NCBI RefSeq assembly: GCF_006345805.1
Contig: NW_021836956.1
Location: 1-22,739 of the forward strand
DNA length: 22,739 nt
Reading direction: 5' to 3'
Origin: Octopus sinensis
Lineage: Eukaryota
Positions 1 to 10,955 of this stretch are shown piece by piece. Made by a program: the position numbers and the translations under genes. Position 1 is the first letter of the stretch. Each line of letters begins with the position of its first letter. The notes under the pieces were generated by a model that worked only from the letters and a program-made list of their open reading frames with translations, did not search any database and had not been told where the DNA came from.

Positions 1-274
1 AATCTCGACTGCTCCACAAACGATAATACGAAAAATGAACCCGACCGCTCTCAAAAATTAAGTAAAAAAAAAACAGGAAAAATAATCCAGAATCCTTGTT
101 CGGTACCGGATCGATCACAAATTAATCATTTCGTGTCAGTTACAAGGCCAAACATCCATGAAAGTTTCATCCGAATTCATCTAGCAATTCTTCAGATATC
201 TTGTCCACGGACAAACAAACAAACAAATACGACAGAAAACAATACCTCTGCCTTCGCTAAGGCGGAGGTAATAA
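1..274 (+). mobile_element. 3' part of a Helentron-associated (HINE/DINE-1-like) non-autonomous element, cut by the window start
   Basis: (ACAA)n tract at ~210-228 followed by AAAACAATACCTCTGCCTT-CGCT-AAGGCGGAGGTAAT, a 12 bp hairpin (243-254/259-270, one T-G pair). A microsatellite followed by an ...ACCTCC...GGCGGAGGTAAT terminal stem-loop is the typical HINE/DINE-1 3' architecture. Family assignment is from pattern recognition only. Confidence 0.55.
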
Positions 275-684
275 CCAACAGTAAAATATACGGAAGATCC
301 AAATGTGGTAAATGTTTTAATCTGAAATAGGGATCCGAGATTTCTTTCAAATAGTGAAAACACTTAACAATACGCTATAAGTCTATGTGTGCGTTCTAAG
401 ACTTATGCACATTGGACAAACTGAAAACGATCTACGTCTACGAATGACCCTGCATAGATAGCGAATTTAGATGCGGAAATACAGACAAATAGAACTCAGT
501 GAAAATATTGCCAAATGCACAGATGAGAAGCAACCAAATTACACGATCTCCCCTCTCTATGAAGTTGGTGGTAATACAATTCAACGTCAAGACATAGAAA
601 TGTCTTCATTACCAAATATCAGTCACGTCTAAATTCCTGTGGCGGAGACATGGAGACAACAACAAATACCCCTTATACTGCAGC

Positions 685-795
685 CCTTCCTGGGGTCAAC
701 TCAATGAGCGCTCCTAGGTTATAAATGGGCAATTACTATAAAGGCGATGCTCCAGCATGGTCGCAATCAAATGGCTGAAACAAATTAAAGAAAAA
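685..795 (+). mobile_element. Diverged 3' end of SINE family A
   Basis: AAAGGCGATGCTCCAGCATGGTCGCAATCAAATGGCTGAAACAAATTAAAG matches the reverse complement of the tail seen in the intact copies at 21410-22739 (AAAGGCGGTGCTCCAGCATGGCCGCAGTCAAATGACTGAAACAAGTAAAAG). Confidence 0.75.
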
Positions 796-1244
796 TCCAA
801 TACCACAACTTCTATGAGCTAGCTAAAAGATTGCTATATGCTTCCGAGATCCTTTCTTGCTGTGGCTACTAATAACTGTCCCTTCTCCCACAACCAACCG
901 ATCTACTTGTTACTATTTTTAATAACCGGCTATCGCTACAAACTACTAACATTCAGGACGAAACGAAATACAGCAAAATATGAACTTCTAGAACTGATAT
1001 TAAGAGGGATTGATTTAATTTCTTTCAATTCTTTCCCACTATATTTCAGCATGAAGTCATTTTAAAGTGACCGTAACCGGTAGCTGCTTAGTTAAAAATG
1101 TACATATTGTCTTTTTGTTTCCCATGATAAAGTTTTCTAAGCATTTTGTTTTCATTTTTTTCAATATACACTAACTCATGTGAAGTCTCTTAACCAGTTA
1201 ATACCTATTTATATATACATACACAGCATACACACACAGTATTA

Positions 1245-1251
1245 ATATACA

Positions 1252-1285
<34 letters not shown>

Positions 1286-1374
1286 GATATATATATATGT
1301 ATATATAATATATATATATATATATATTATATATAATATTATATATATATACATATATATAAATATACACACAG

Positions 1375-1408
<34 letters not shown>

Positions 1409-1538
1409 TATAAATATACACACAGTAATATATATATGTATGTATATATAGATATATGAAAATATAAATAGTGATATATATATATATATATATATATGAA
1501 AGTCTCTATATATGTGGGATTCAGGGTGTCTTTTGAGT

Positions 1539-1586
<48 letters not shown>

Positions 1587-1590
1587 GCAC
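1245..1590. repeat. Compound microsatellite (ATAC)n/(AT)n then (CA)n
   Basis: Directly visible simple repeats. Confidence 0.95.
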
Positions 1591-1599
1591 TTACTTACT

Positions 1600-1900
1600 C
1601 ACACGACAGAAGTAAATAGACACCTCATAAAACATCGTTTGACATTTATTTAACTTGAAAAGGTTTATATCTTTTATTAATCGACATTTTTATGTTTCAA
1701 GTTCTATATGTGACTGTTTAATCATGCCAAATGCCTCAGAACTCTCCGAATTTTAAAGAGGCCGTAACGTGGGTCAATCTGAACCTTGGGATCCCGCTTT
1801 CTACAGTTAATAGAGCGATTGTGCAATTCAGCAAGAATGGAAGGAGTTCACATCACCTCTCTCAGGTCGACCAGGACCCTCTGATAAGACCCTTCGCTTT
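1600..1900 (+). mobile_element. Tc1-family DNA transposon 5' fragment (decayed transposase N-terminus)
   Basis: ATG at 1724 reads MPNASELSEF*RGRNVG. After a deletion/frameshift comes NLGIPLSTVNRAIVQFSKNG, then TSPLSGRPGPSDKTLR. This matches the Tc1 paired-like HTH (ELSEFERGRIVG...STV..I...F...G...SGRP). A TIR-like CAGAAGTAAATAGACACC lies at ~1607-1624. The fragment is truncated by (TA)n at 1901. Confidence 0.7.
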
Positions 1901-1938
<38 letters not shown>

Positions 1939-1990
1939 TACGTAAGTATTTCTGTGAGGTGTTTGTATATTATATCATATTATATTATAT

Positions 1991-2029
<39 letters not shown>

Positions 2030-2045
2030 TATATATATACATAGG
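1901..2045. repeat. (TA)n-rich microsatellite
   Basis: Directly visible. Confidence 0.9.
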
Positions 2046-2520
2046 TATGTATTTATTATCCATGCATGACTGCGTCTGTCTCTGCATATGACTACGACCC
2101 ATGTAACAAAGACACACACACGAAACGTACTACGGCCTGGAAATTACCGATAAATTGTCATACTTATATTTATTCCGCTCTAGTTGCACACAGGCATTTC
2201 TTTGTAAAGTGTCGCTATCGCAAATACCGTCACTTAGAGACAGACGTGTCGTTAACCGTGATGTCCAACAACCCTATTGTTCTCGAAAAGCGTGATATAA
2301 ATAAACAGAAACCAATAAATAATACGTAAATTAGCTTACTTTCTCGGGGCTTGACATAATCTAAATTGTTCTTCTCTAAAAATGTCGGGCGTTGTCCGTT
2401 TTAGACAACGTTCCTTTTTTAAATTTTATTTTACGGGCAATGGATTAGAGTCGGTGGTTTGTCGGACATGTCTTTGGTATTTTGTTATGTATTTTTAACT
2501 TTATAAATTTGCGTCTTTAA

Positions 2521-2630
2521 TCTTTAATCTTTTGTTTCAGTCATAGGACTGCGGCCATGCTGGGGCACTGCTTTGAATGGTTTAATCGAAAGAAATCGAC
2601 CCCAGCACTTGCTATTTTATTTTTTATTTA
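2521..2630 (-). mobile_element. 3' end of a SINE family A-related copy
   Basis: TGTTTCAGTCATAGGACTGCGGCCATGCTGGGGCACTGC...AAATCGACCCCAGCACTT, the same tail motif as the family A copies. Confidence 0.75.
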
Positions 2631-2654
2631 TATTCTAGAAGTCTGGCATTATTC

Positions 2655-3056
2655 TCTCTCTTTTTTCTCTCTTTTACTTGTTTCAGTCATTTGACTGCGG
2701 CCATGGTGGAGCACCGCCTTTAGTCGAGCAAATCAACACCGAGACTTATTCTTTGTAAGCCCAGTACTTATTCTGTCGGTTTTTTTTGCCGAACCCCTAG
2801 GTCACAAACACGTCAACAAAACCAACACCGTTTGTTAACCGGTGGCTAGGAACAAACTCACACACATACATACAAGCATAGCTAAACACACGCACACACA
2901 CGTATATATAAATTTATACACCAGGCTTTCTTTAGGCTCCGTTTATCAAATCCAATCACAAGGCTTTGATCGGTCCGTCATTTGCCCAATGTGCTGTACA
3001 GTGGGACTGAACCCGAAACCATGCGGTTGGGAAGCATACTTCTTACCACACAGCCG
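2655..3056 (-). mobile_element. Near full-length tRNA-derived SINE, family A (octopus OR2/CORE-SINE-like)
   Basis: Collinear with the copies at 21410-22739. Minus-strand head GGCTGTGTGGTAAG (A box) ... GGGTTCAGTCCCAC (B box-like), central (CA/TA) microsatellite, and tail ...GACTGAAACAAGTAAAAGAG. Confidence 0.85.
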
Positions 3057-3062
3057 TGAATA

Positions 3063-3262
3063 CCAAAAAAAGGAGCAAGAAAGAGTGAAAGAAAGTTGTG
3101 GTGAAAGAGCACAGCGGAGTTCACACCCCACACCCGCCGGATATTCGTGGAACTTGGGTGTTTTTGCTCAATAAACACTCACAATGCCCGGTCCGGGAAT
3201 CGAAACCGCGTTCTTACGACCGCGAGTCCGCTGCCCTAACCACAGGGTCATTTCACCTCCAC
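3063..3262 (-). mobile_element. 5' ~200 bp of tRNA-derived SINE family B
   Basis: The minus strand reads GTGGAGGTGAAATGACCCTGTGGTTAGGGCAGCGGACTCGC...GGTTTCGATTCCCGGACCGGG...GTGTTTATTGAGCAAAAACACC, homologous to 7120-7439. It stops where the family A head begins. Confidence 0.85.
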
Positions 3263-3349
3263 TGACGTTGCTGTTGTCTTCTTCGTTCCATGGTCGTTTT
3301 GCTTTTGTCGTAGTTAGAATTTTCTTCTACTCGAGTAACTCATCTCGCT

Positions 3350-3690
3350 CAAAAGGTCCCTGAATAAGGGTTGTTTAAGGATGTTGAACGAAACACCCAT
3401 GTTTCCAGAGGTGAATTATTCAAACCCCAAAGAATCCCTCTCAACACATGGCTATGATGCTCCCCCACTACTTCTGCTTGTGATCAGAGATGCACATATC
3501 GTCAGCCACTAAGGGACATGCTCAACTGGTTAAGGTCAAACAACTGACAAGCAAATCTGTGGTATTGAGCAGAATATCTGCTGCAGCCCATCTTTTATAC
3601 CAAGACAAAACAATGTACATGATAACACTTCCAATCAGTTAAGATCAGAAGCCATGAGAGCCACTGCCTGGTACTGCATCAGGGCATTTA
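3350..3690 (+). mobile_element. Probable 3' end of a high-copy retroposon ending in an (ATT)n tail
   Basis: Complex sequence ending ...GCCACTGCCTGGTACTGCATCAGGGCATTT runs directly into (ATT)n. I recall it as a common octopus interspersed repeat but cannot name the family or confirm it here. Confidence 0.4.
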
Positions 3691-3711
3691 TTATTATTAT
3701 TATTATCATCA

Positions 3712-3755
<44 letters not shown>

Positions 3756-3990
3756 GTTGTTGTTGTTGTTGTTATTGTTATTGTTGTTGTTGTTGTTGTT
3801 ATTATTATTATTATATTATTATTGTTATTGTTATTGTTATTGTTATTGTTGTTGTTGTTGTTGTTGTTATTATATTATTATTATTATTATTATTGTTATT
3901 GTTAGTGTTATTGTTGTTGTTGTTGTTGTTATTGTTATTGTTGTTGTTGTTGTTGTTGTTGTTATTATTATTATTATTATTATTATTAAA
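3688..3990. repeat. (ATT)n/(GTT)n trinucleotide microsatellite
   Basis: Directly visible. Confidence 0.95.
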
Positions 3991-4403
3991 ATTAAAACAT
4001 TCTATATCATTTATATCATTTCGCGTTATTTAAATTCACTCATCTGAAAATGTGTACTAGTAACAGCTTGGATATTAACACTGGCTGACTGGAATCTATT
4101 TACTAGGGAGTATTGTTCTTTCAGTCTTTATATGCTCGGGAAACCCGTGTATGTCTCGGCTTAACTGACCTCGAAGTTCGTAATAGACATACAACTTCAG
4201 ATCAACGATTCAACATTCAGGTCAGGCTAAATATATAAACACTTATTTGGAGCTTTTATTAGTTTCCTACGAAACTGCTTTAAATATACTTCTAATTGTA
4301 ATAATATATTGACCAAACAGTTTCGTGCACTATACACACACACTCACACACACATATATGTATATATCTGTGTATGTATGTATGTATGTATGTATGTATA
4401 TAT

Positions 4404-4618
4404 CTTTTATCTTCTACTTGTTTCAGTCATTTGATTGCGGCCATGCTGAAGCACCAGGATTTATTATTTTTTTAAACCTAGTACTTATTCTATCGGTCTG
4501 TTTTGCCTAACCGCTAAGTTACGGGGACGTAAGCACTCCAACGCCGGTTGTGAAGCGGTAGTGGGGGACAAACACAGTCACAAAGACACACACAAACAGA
4601 TACACACGCGCACACACA
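4404..4618 (-). mobile_element. 3' half of SINE family A (internally deleted)
   Basis: CTACTTGTTTCAGTCATTTGATTGCGGCCATGCTGAAGCACC...CTAGTACTTATTCTATCGGTCTGTTTTGCCTAACCGCTAAGTTACGGGGACGTAA...GGGGGACAAACACAG matches the family A tail half. Confidence 0.85.
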
Positions 4619-4670
4619 TTTTTTACTGCGAAGATTTTTGCTAATCAGCGTCGATTTTTACTATTCTGTA

Positions 4671-4696
4671 AATAATAATAATAATAATAATAATAA

Positions 4697-4745
<49 letters not shown>

Positions 4746-4768
4746 TAATAATAATAATAATAATAATA
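4671..4768. repeat. (AAT)n microsatellite
   Basis: Directly visible. Confidence 0.95.
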
Positions 4769-5974
4769 GTATTTTATAAGCTCAAAGCTTATTAGCGATT
4801 ACCGTGCAATGACTAAAGAAAATAGTCTAATAATGGGGGTTATAAGCCGTTGGCGGAAAAAAAAGTAGGTTTTGCCGTAGGAGCATTTCTGTAATATCTT
4901 ACAGCAATCTCTGAAATTTACAGAGATATCTGAGAGGATTTTGAAAGTCGCTGGTTTCGTACCTTACACCTTTTAGAAAAAGGCTATCTTCTTGCATCAA
5001 GCCTAATATTGGAATCAATCAATGGCAGTTCAAGTTGTAGAGCGAGAGTAATCCAGCAGTTGCTGAAATCCACAGCTTTGAATTCTCATAGTGGTTTTTA
5101 GTGCAGTTTTATTGCTAATTGCATCTAAATTAATTCATGGGAATACGAGAGGTAATCTCCCCACATACATTGTTATGCGACCTGGATACTATCTGGTTTG
5201 GCCTATATAGTAGTGTATACTGTTGACGTCGGTTGCATAAAATTAATCAATGAGGTTATCAAGTTCTTTCAATGTCTTGTCTTTTATGTATGTCATGTCA
5301 TTAAGAATACGATCAACAAAATACAGGCAAGTTCATCTAGTATGGTGTCGTCATCATATTTGTATAGGTTATTTAGTCCAAGACTCTGGGTCTTTCACCA
5401 GGTGTTTTGGTTTTGTTTTTTGTCAGGTGGTGGAAACCTCATGTTGACGTTAATATGTGAACCCAGCTCGTTCTTGACTGCACCCAAAGCCTGATATACT
5501 GTTTTGAAATCTTTCTGAAATGAAAACTTCTCTCCTGATTCTCTAGTATGAATGGACTTCATATTAGGCTTAAAAGCATCGTTAAATTTATGCGGTGAAT
5601 GTCACCGGTATATAGTGGTTCCACAATGGCTATGCAGGGGTCCCGATGATTCTGAAATCTATAAAGCCAGCTCGAGGGTTCTGTTTCATTGTGGGTATTT
5701 AGAGAAAAGCAATTAGCCAATTGAGGAAGAAACTAAGTTTCTGTACGTGGAGCAGTAAGGGAATGACTCGGTGGCCTTTCTTAACAAGAGAGGTGTTAAA
5801 ACAGAGGAGAAAAGAGCAGTAGGGAACATCTGGTACAACAATAACAACAACAACAACCCCACAACAACAACCACAACAACAAGAACCACAGTAAATTCTA
5901 GAATCTTTTCTTCAGAGTATCAATTGTTGCAGCTGCGGGGATAGATAGAAAAATCTTCTACTCTACCAGTGGAC

Positions 5975-5981
<7 letters not shown>

Positions 5982-6029
<48 letters not shown>

Positions 6030-6030
6030 G
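5982..6030. repeat. (CT)n microsatellite
   Basis: Directly visible. Confidence 0.95.
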
Positions 6031-6639
6031 TCGTAGCGCCTTATTGTTTCGAGAAGATGAGCAGGAGACAACAGTTGCAGAGGAATGGAAAACAATGAGA
6101 GCAGCTCTCTCAGCGACGCGCTGTTACAGTTCTGGTACTTCAAGGGTTGTGTCCTCTTCAATAATGGGGACCTGACAGATCATTTGAAATACCTGATGAA
6201 GTGTTTGATAAACGGTGTGTTGATTGAAAAGGATATTTTTCTATTACTTGCTGACTTTGGAGAAAGAAGCAGTATGTATGGCCTTCTTAGGATCTCCCAA
6301 ACCAGAATGATTGATGCCGTTTCTGTTGCTCTTGAGCCTTTGTAAATTAACACATACAGGATAAATCAAGAGCAGGGGTTTGTTATTCAAGAGAGCCGAG
6401 GTCCTGAGAAGGAAAGAAGGGTTGATCTTAGTGCATTTGCGTTATTACTGGGGCATCTAAGGGGAGGCATTGGACGTAACAAGGCTTGATGAGAGGATCA
6501 CAGACAGGTAGGTCCGGAATGTCTGAGTGGTGGTGGTGGTATGAGCCGAGTACTTTCCGTTGAACTGAGACTATCATCATAGCGGAGAAACAATTATATT
6601 ATAACAGAAAAAGTAAAGTTCCTTCCTGAGTCATATAGA

Positions 6640-6858
6640 CTTATAAGGGCTGGTTTCCCGGTTTCCATGGCGTATGAATTACCCACCTGGGTGTGGTTCG
6701 TCGCAGGGTTTCTTATTTTTGCCAGCTGAGTGGACTGGAGTAATGTGAAAAGAAGTGTCTTGCTCAAGGACACAACGCGTCGCCCAGTCCAGGAATCGAA
6801 GCCACAATCTTACGATCATGAGTCCAACATCCCTAACCACTAAGCCACGCACCTCCAC
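6640..6858 (-). mobile_element. tRNA-derived SINE, family C (related to family B)
   Basis: The minus strand has GTGGAGGTGCGTGGCTTAGTGGTTAGGG (A box TGGCTTAGTGG), GCTTCGATTCC (B box), a central GTGTCCTTGAGCAAGACACTT box, and a 3' CATACGCCATGGAAACCGGGAAACC shared with 7120-7439. Confidence 0.85.
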
Positions 6859-7119
6859 AATTATACTATACTCATCTGGTAAACTCCGAAGAAGCGGCCT
6901 GTCAAGAACTGCAGATGAAATATCAAAAGTGCGTGGAAGCATTGAAGTCTAGTCCCACGACAAGAATGTTCGCAGAGACTCTCGGTTATTACAATACCGG
7001 TAGCGAAAGATAGTTGTAAGCGAGATGTTCTCAACCACTATACGTAGTGACATCCTATCAATGTGTGGATGGGGGCAATCTTATTTCATTTTATTCATAT
7101 TTGTAAATATATGAGATGT

Positions 7120-7439
7120 GTGGAGGCGCAATGGTCCAGTGGTTAGGGCAGCGGACACGCTATCGAAGGATCACGATTTCGATTCCCAGACCGGGTGTTG
7201 TTTGTGTTTATTGAGCGAAAACACCTAAAGCCCCACGAGGCTCCTGCAGGGGGTAGTGGCGACCCCTGTTGTGCTCTTCTACCCCAACTTTCTCTCACTC
7301 TTTCTTCCTGTTTCTTGAGTAACGCTGCGATGGACTGGCGTCCCGTCCAGCTGGGGAGAACACATACGCCATAGAAACCGGGAAACCGGGCCCATGAGCC
7401 TGGCTAGGCTTGAAAAAGGCGCATAAATAATAATAAATA
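7120..7439 (+). mobile_element. Full-length tRNA-derived SINE, family B, with V-domain-like segment and 9 bp target-site duplication
   Basis: A box TGGTCCAGTGG, B box-like ATTTCGATTCC, segment GCTGCGATGGACTGGCGTCCCGTCCAG resembling the V-SINE domain, and a (TAA)n tail. ATGAGATGT is repeated at 7111-7119 and 7440-7448. Confidence 0.85.
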
Positions 7440-7602
7440 ATGAGATGTAGATGCACAAAATATAACAAAGCAGATGGTTCCGTCTCCTGCGTGTATGAGG
7501 GCAAGCCCTCCATCGTTCATTGTGAGGCCACTAAAGGTTGTTAGTGGTTATCTGGTATATGTGTCACAAAGGTAATGACCAGATGGATGTTATGAATGAG
7601 AT

Positions 7603-7790
7603 TGTGTTGTAAATAAGCTCGCTTTGCAACCACGGAGTTTCAGGTTCAATCACAGTGCGCAGCACCTTCGATATCTTCTACTGAAACCCCAGGGCTGATT
7701 AATGCATTGTTAGAGTATTTGATAGACGTAAACTGTGTGGAAACCCTTCGTATGTACATCATATACATATATGTATGTGTGTGTGTCATT
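7603..7790 (+). mobile_element. Old, diverged 5' half of SINE family A
   Basis: TTGTGTTGTAAATAAGCTCGCTTTGCAACCAC...CAGGTTCAATCACAGTGCGCAGCACCTT...TAGACGTAAACTG...CCCTTCGTAT is collinear with the family A head and body. Confidence 0.65.
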
Positions 7791-8095
7791 GTGGCACCTA
7801 TTCCCCCTGTCAGCTAGCACAGCAGTGCATTATGCAATAGAATGTGCAAATCTTTGGACGGACTCAAGAGTCATACATACAAGGCCCTCACATTACATCC
7901 ACAATGACTCATTTCAGTGATTCTTTCTAGCATTGGCTTCGATCGCATACGAGAAAGCAGCTAAGATGTATATATACATACATACATACATTATGGGCAT
8001 GCACACAGTTCTCGTCAACCAAATTCACTCCCAAGGCATTTACCAGCTTTCCATGTCTTAGTATATATTGCATAACATTTTTATCTCACCACTTG

Positions 8096-8096
<1 letters not shown>

Positions 8097-8138
<42 letters not shown>
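8097..8138. repeat. (TA)n microsatellite
   Basis: Directly visible. Confidence 0.95.
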
Positions 8139-8144
<6 letters not shown>

Positions 8145-9118
8145 CTATGCACACATTACCACAAGTCCCGTAAAGTCATTTGTGATACACTTTCTATATG
8201 AATGAACAGTTAATCGTCATCCCTACCATAACCCCTTTCTCTTTGTAATATAAGATAACCTTCAATATACAAACGGGTACTTTTATAGTCAGGACTATCC
8301 TTGTCGTCTTTCCCCTGTTACATGAATGCAGATCCTGTCTATACCCCTTCTCTCTCCCGTATAAAATTCCAAGGTCACAGTTTTACGTTTCCATTAATCT
8401 GCGGGTTGGGTAAAAACAGTGTCTATAAAGTTGCATATATGCTGTATACACCCTTTCAAAAAAAGAGATCGTGACATTGTACTCGAGTGAGGCGTTGTTA
8501 CTGTTATTATTATTGTTTTTTTACATTGACTGCTATTTTATGGCCAAGGCGTGTGCTTACCCCAGCTCGTCTAGTCAATCAGAAAGTACACGCTCCTTTG
8601 TCTACAGTGTACACGTGTGACAGAAAAAAAAACATGTATATATATATATCTATATGTATTATATATCTGGGTTATACATATAGCAAACAACAAAAGTAAA
8701 AAAAAAAAAAAAAGAGACAAGGCCGACTAACAAAAGATATAATAAAACATAAAACACTCATATAACATTTGGGAAAATGATTAATGAGCGGAAAAACGAA
8801 GTTTTCAAAAAGTGTGACCATTTCCTTGCCGTCTATTAAGATTCATAGAATAATCTAGACTTTCGCTAAAAGGAGACACGTACTTAGCGTTAGGATCGAA
8901 TTTATTTTTAGATCTGATGAAATATTGCCGTCTATTGCGTCAGAGCGCATGTGCAAAGATTTTACTCTTAAAAAACTAAGCCATATTTTTTTCTCTTTTT
9001 TATTCACAGATCTTCTTTTGTTATCGTTCAATTTACATCTCTCTTTTTCTTTTCTTTTTCTCACGGCCCCTGACTTATTTCTCACTCTTTCTCTTTCTGT
9101 CTGTCGCCCTATCTCTCC

Positions 9119-9128
9119 ATCTATCTAA

Positions 9129-9214
<86 letters not shown>
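9119..9214. repeat. (TATC)n microsatellite without insertion
   Basis: About 23 near-perfect TATC units. Confidence 0.95.
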
Positions 9215-9469
9215 CTCATTTACACGAACCAAACAAACACCCACTCCTTCTCCCGCCCTCTGTCTGTCCCTCTCTCTCTCTCTCTCTTTCTCTGTCAAGG
9301 TTGGCTCTAACTCCCCCTCTCTCACACACTCCGTCGTGTTCTTTCTAAGTCGCTCTCACCATTACCCACTTCACCTCCTTCCTCGCCACTTGACACGATT
9401 TTCCTTATATGCTAAATACATTTGATAAAAAAAAACCTACTAATACTGGCATGCGGATCTACATTTTAA

Positions 9470-9875
9470 AGTGCACACACGCATACATGCACACATATGT
9501 ACGTACATGATACATATATACATACTTACATATATGTACATATACATACCATACACACACACACACACATATATAGTATTATATTTATATTTATATTTAT
9601 ATATATATACACACAATTTATATTTATATATATATATATATATATACACACACATATAATATATATATATATACACAAATATATATATATATATATATAC
9701 ACAAATATAATATATATATATCTAATATATATATTGTATATATATATAAGAAAATTAAAATTTATCTTATATAGTGACATTTTCAAACTCCTTTTTTATA
9801 AATATATATATATATATTTATACATATATATAAATGTACATGTACATATATATACACCATATATATACACATATA

Positions 9876-9921
<46 letters not shown>

Positions 9922-10305
9922 CATATATACATATATATGTACATGTACATATATATACATACATATATATACACACACACAATATACATATACAAATATA
10001 TATGCATATATATAAATGTAAGTACATACATATAAACATACGTATGAATGTATATATATATGATGTGAGTGTGTGGTGTGTTTGTGCGCGTCTGTGTGCA
10101 TGTATATATATATATATATATATTATTATATATTATATATACATGTATATATGTGCATATATATATACACACATATATATGTATGTATTTATGCATGTAT
10201 ATATGAATGTATGCATATGTGCATATACAACATATATTTATACAAGTGTATGTATATCCATGTATGTATGAATGTATACGTGTGTAAATACAGAGAGAGA
10301 GAGAG
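9470..10305. repeat. Long compound (AT)n/(AC)n/(ATGT)n low-complexity tract
   Basis: Directly visible. It is the source of the Tyr/Ile-rich spurious ORFs. Confidence 0.9.
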
Positions 10306-10316
10306 GGGGGGAGACC

Positions 10317-10544
<228 letters not shown>

Positions 10545-10707
10545 TGTTTCTTTATTAGCCACACAGGGCTGCACACAGATAGAACAAATTACAAGGTAGA
10601 GCTTTTCTTTTGAAGGTATTAAAAAAAAAAAAAAAAAAAAAAAAAGGAAGGGGGAGGTTCGATCAAAAGGGATCGTAAAAGGAGAGAAAGAGGACAAAAA
10701 AAGGGGG

Positions 10708-10746
<39 letters not shown>

Positions 10747-10955
10747 AGAGGAAAAAAAAATGATCAATAGGGATCGTTATCACAGAAATGTCAATATGAA
10801 GTGTAAAGGGGAGGACAGGTGAGGTTTACCCGTGGAAAGAAAAGCCTGCGGAAAAGACCACGGTAACCTCGGTCAATGAAGTCACATTTTATATTTCTTT
10901 TTTTTTTTTTTTTTTTTTTTGCAAATAAGCAACTCTCTGTTTTCGATTTCTGGGT

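Noticed and set aside
471-632. 53-codon frame ending ...DIEMSSLPNISHV* after an AG (possible last exon with a PDZ-type end)
   Set aside because: Short, weak polypyrimidine tract, no recognised homology, no partner exon. It could easily be chance.
5340-5500. RT-like KY.DDT and QG-like motifs on the minus strand
   Set aside because: The QG motif needs several assumed indels and other RT blocks are absent, so it is not a supportable RT.
6085-6490. About 135-codon frame with one stop, including ERRVDLSAF similar to ERRVDFSAY in ORF2
   Set aside because: The similarity is confined to a few residues and flanking motifs do not follow, so product and origin are unsupported.
6875-7020. Weak mariner/Tc1-like peptide (RRSGLSRTADEISKVRGSIE)
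   Set aside because: Only a loose resemblance to the RSGRPR..E.I.KVR motif. No catalytic motifs or TIRs were found.
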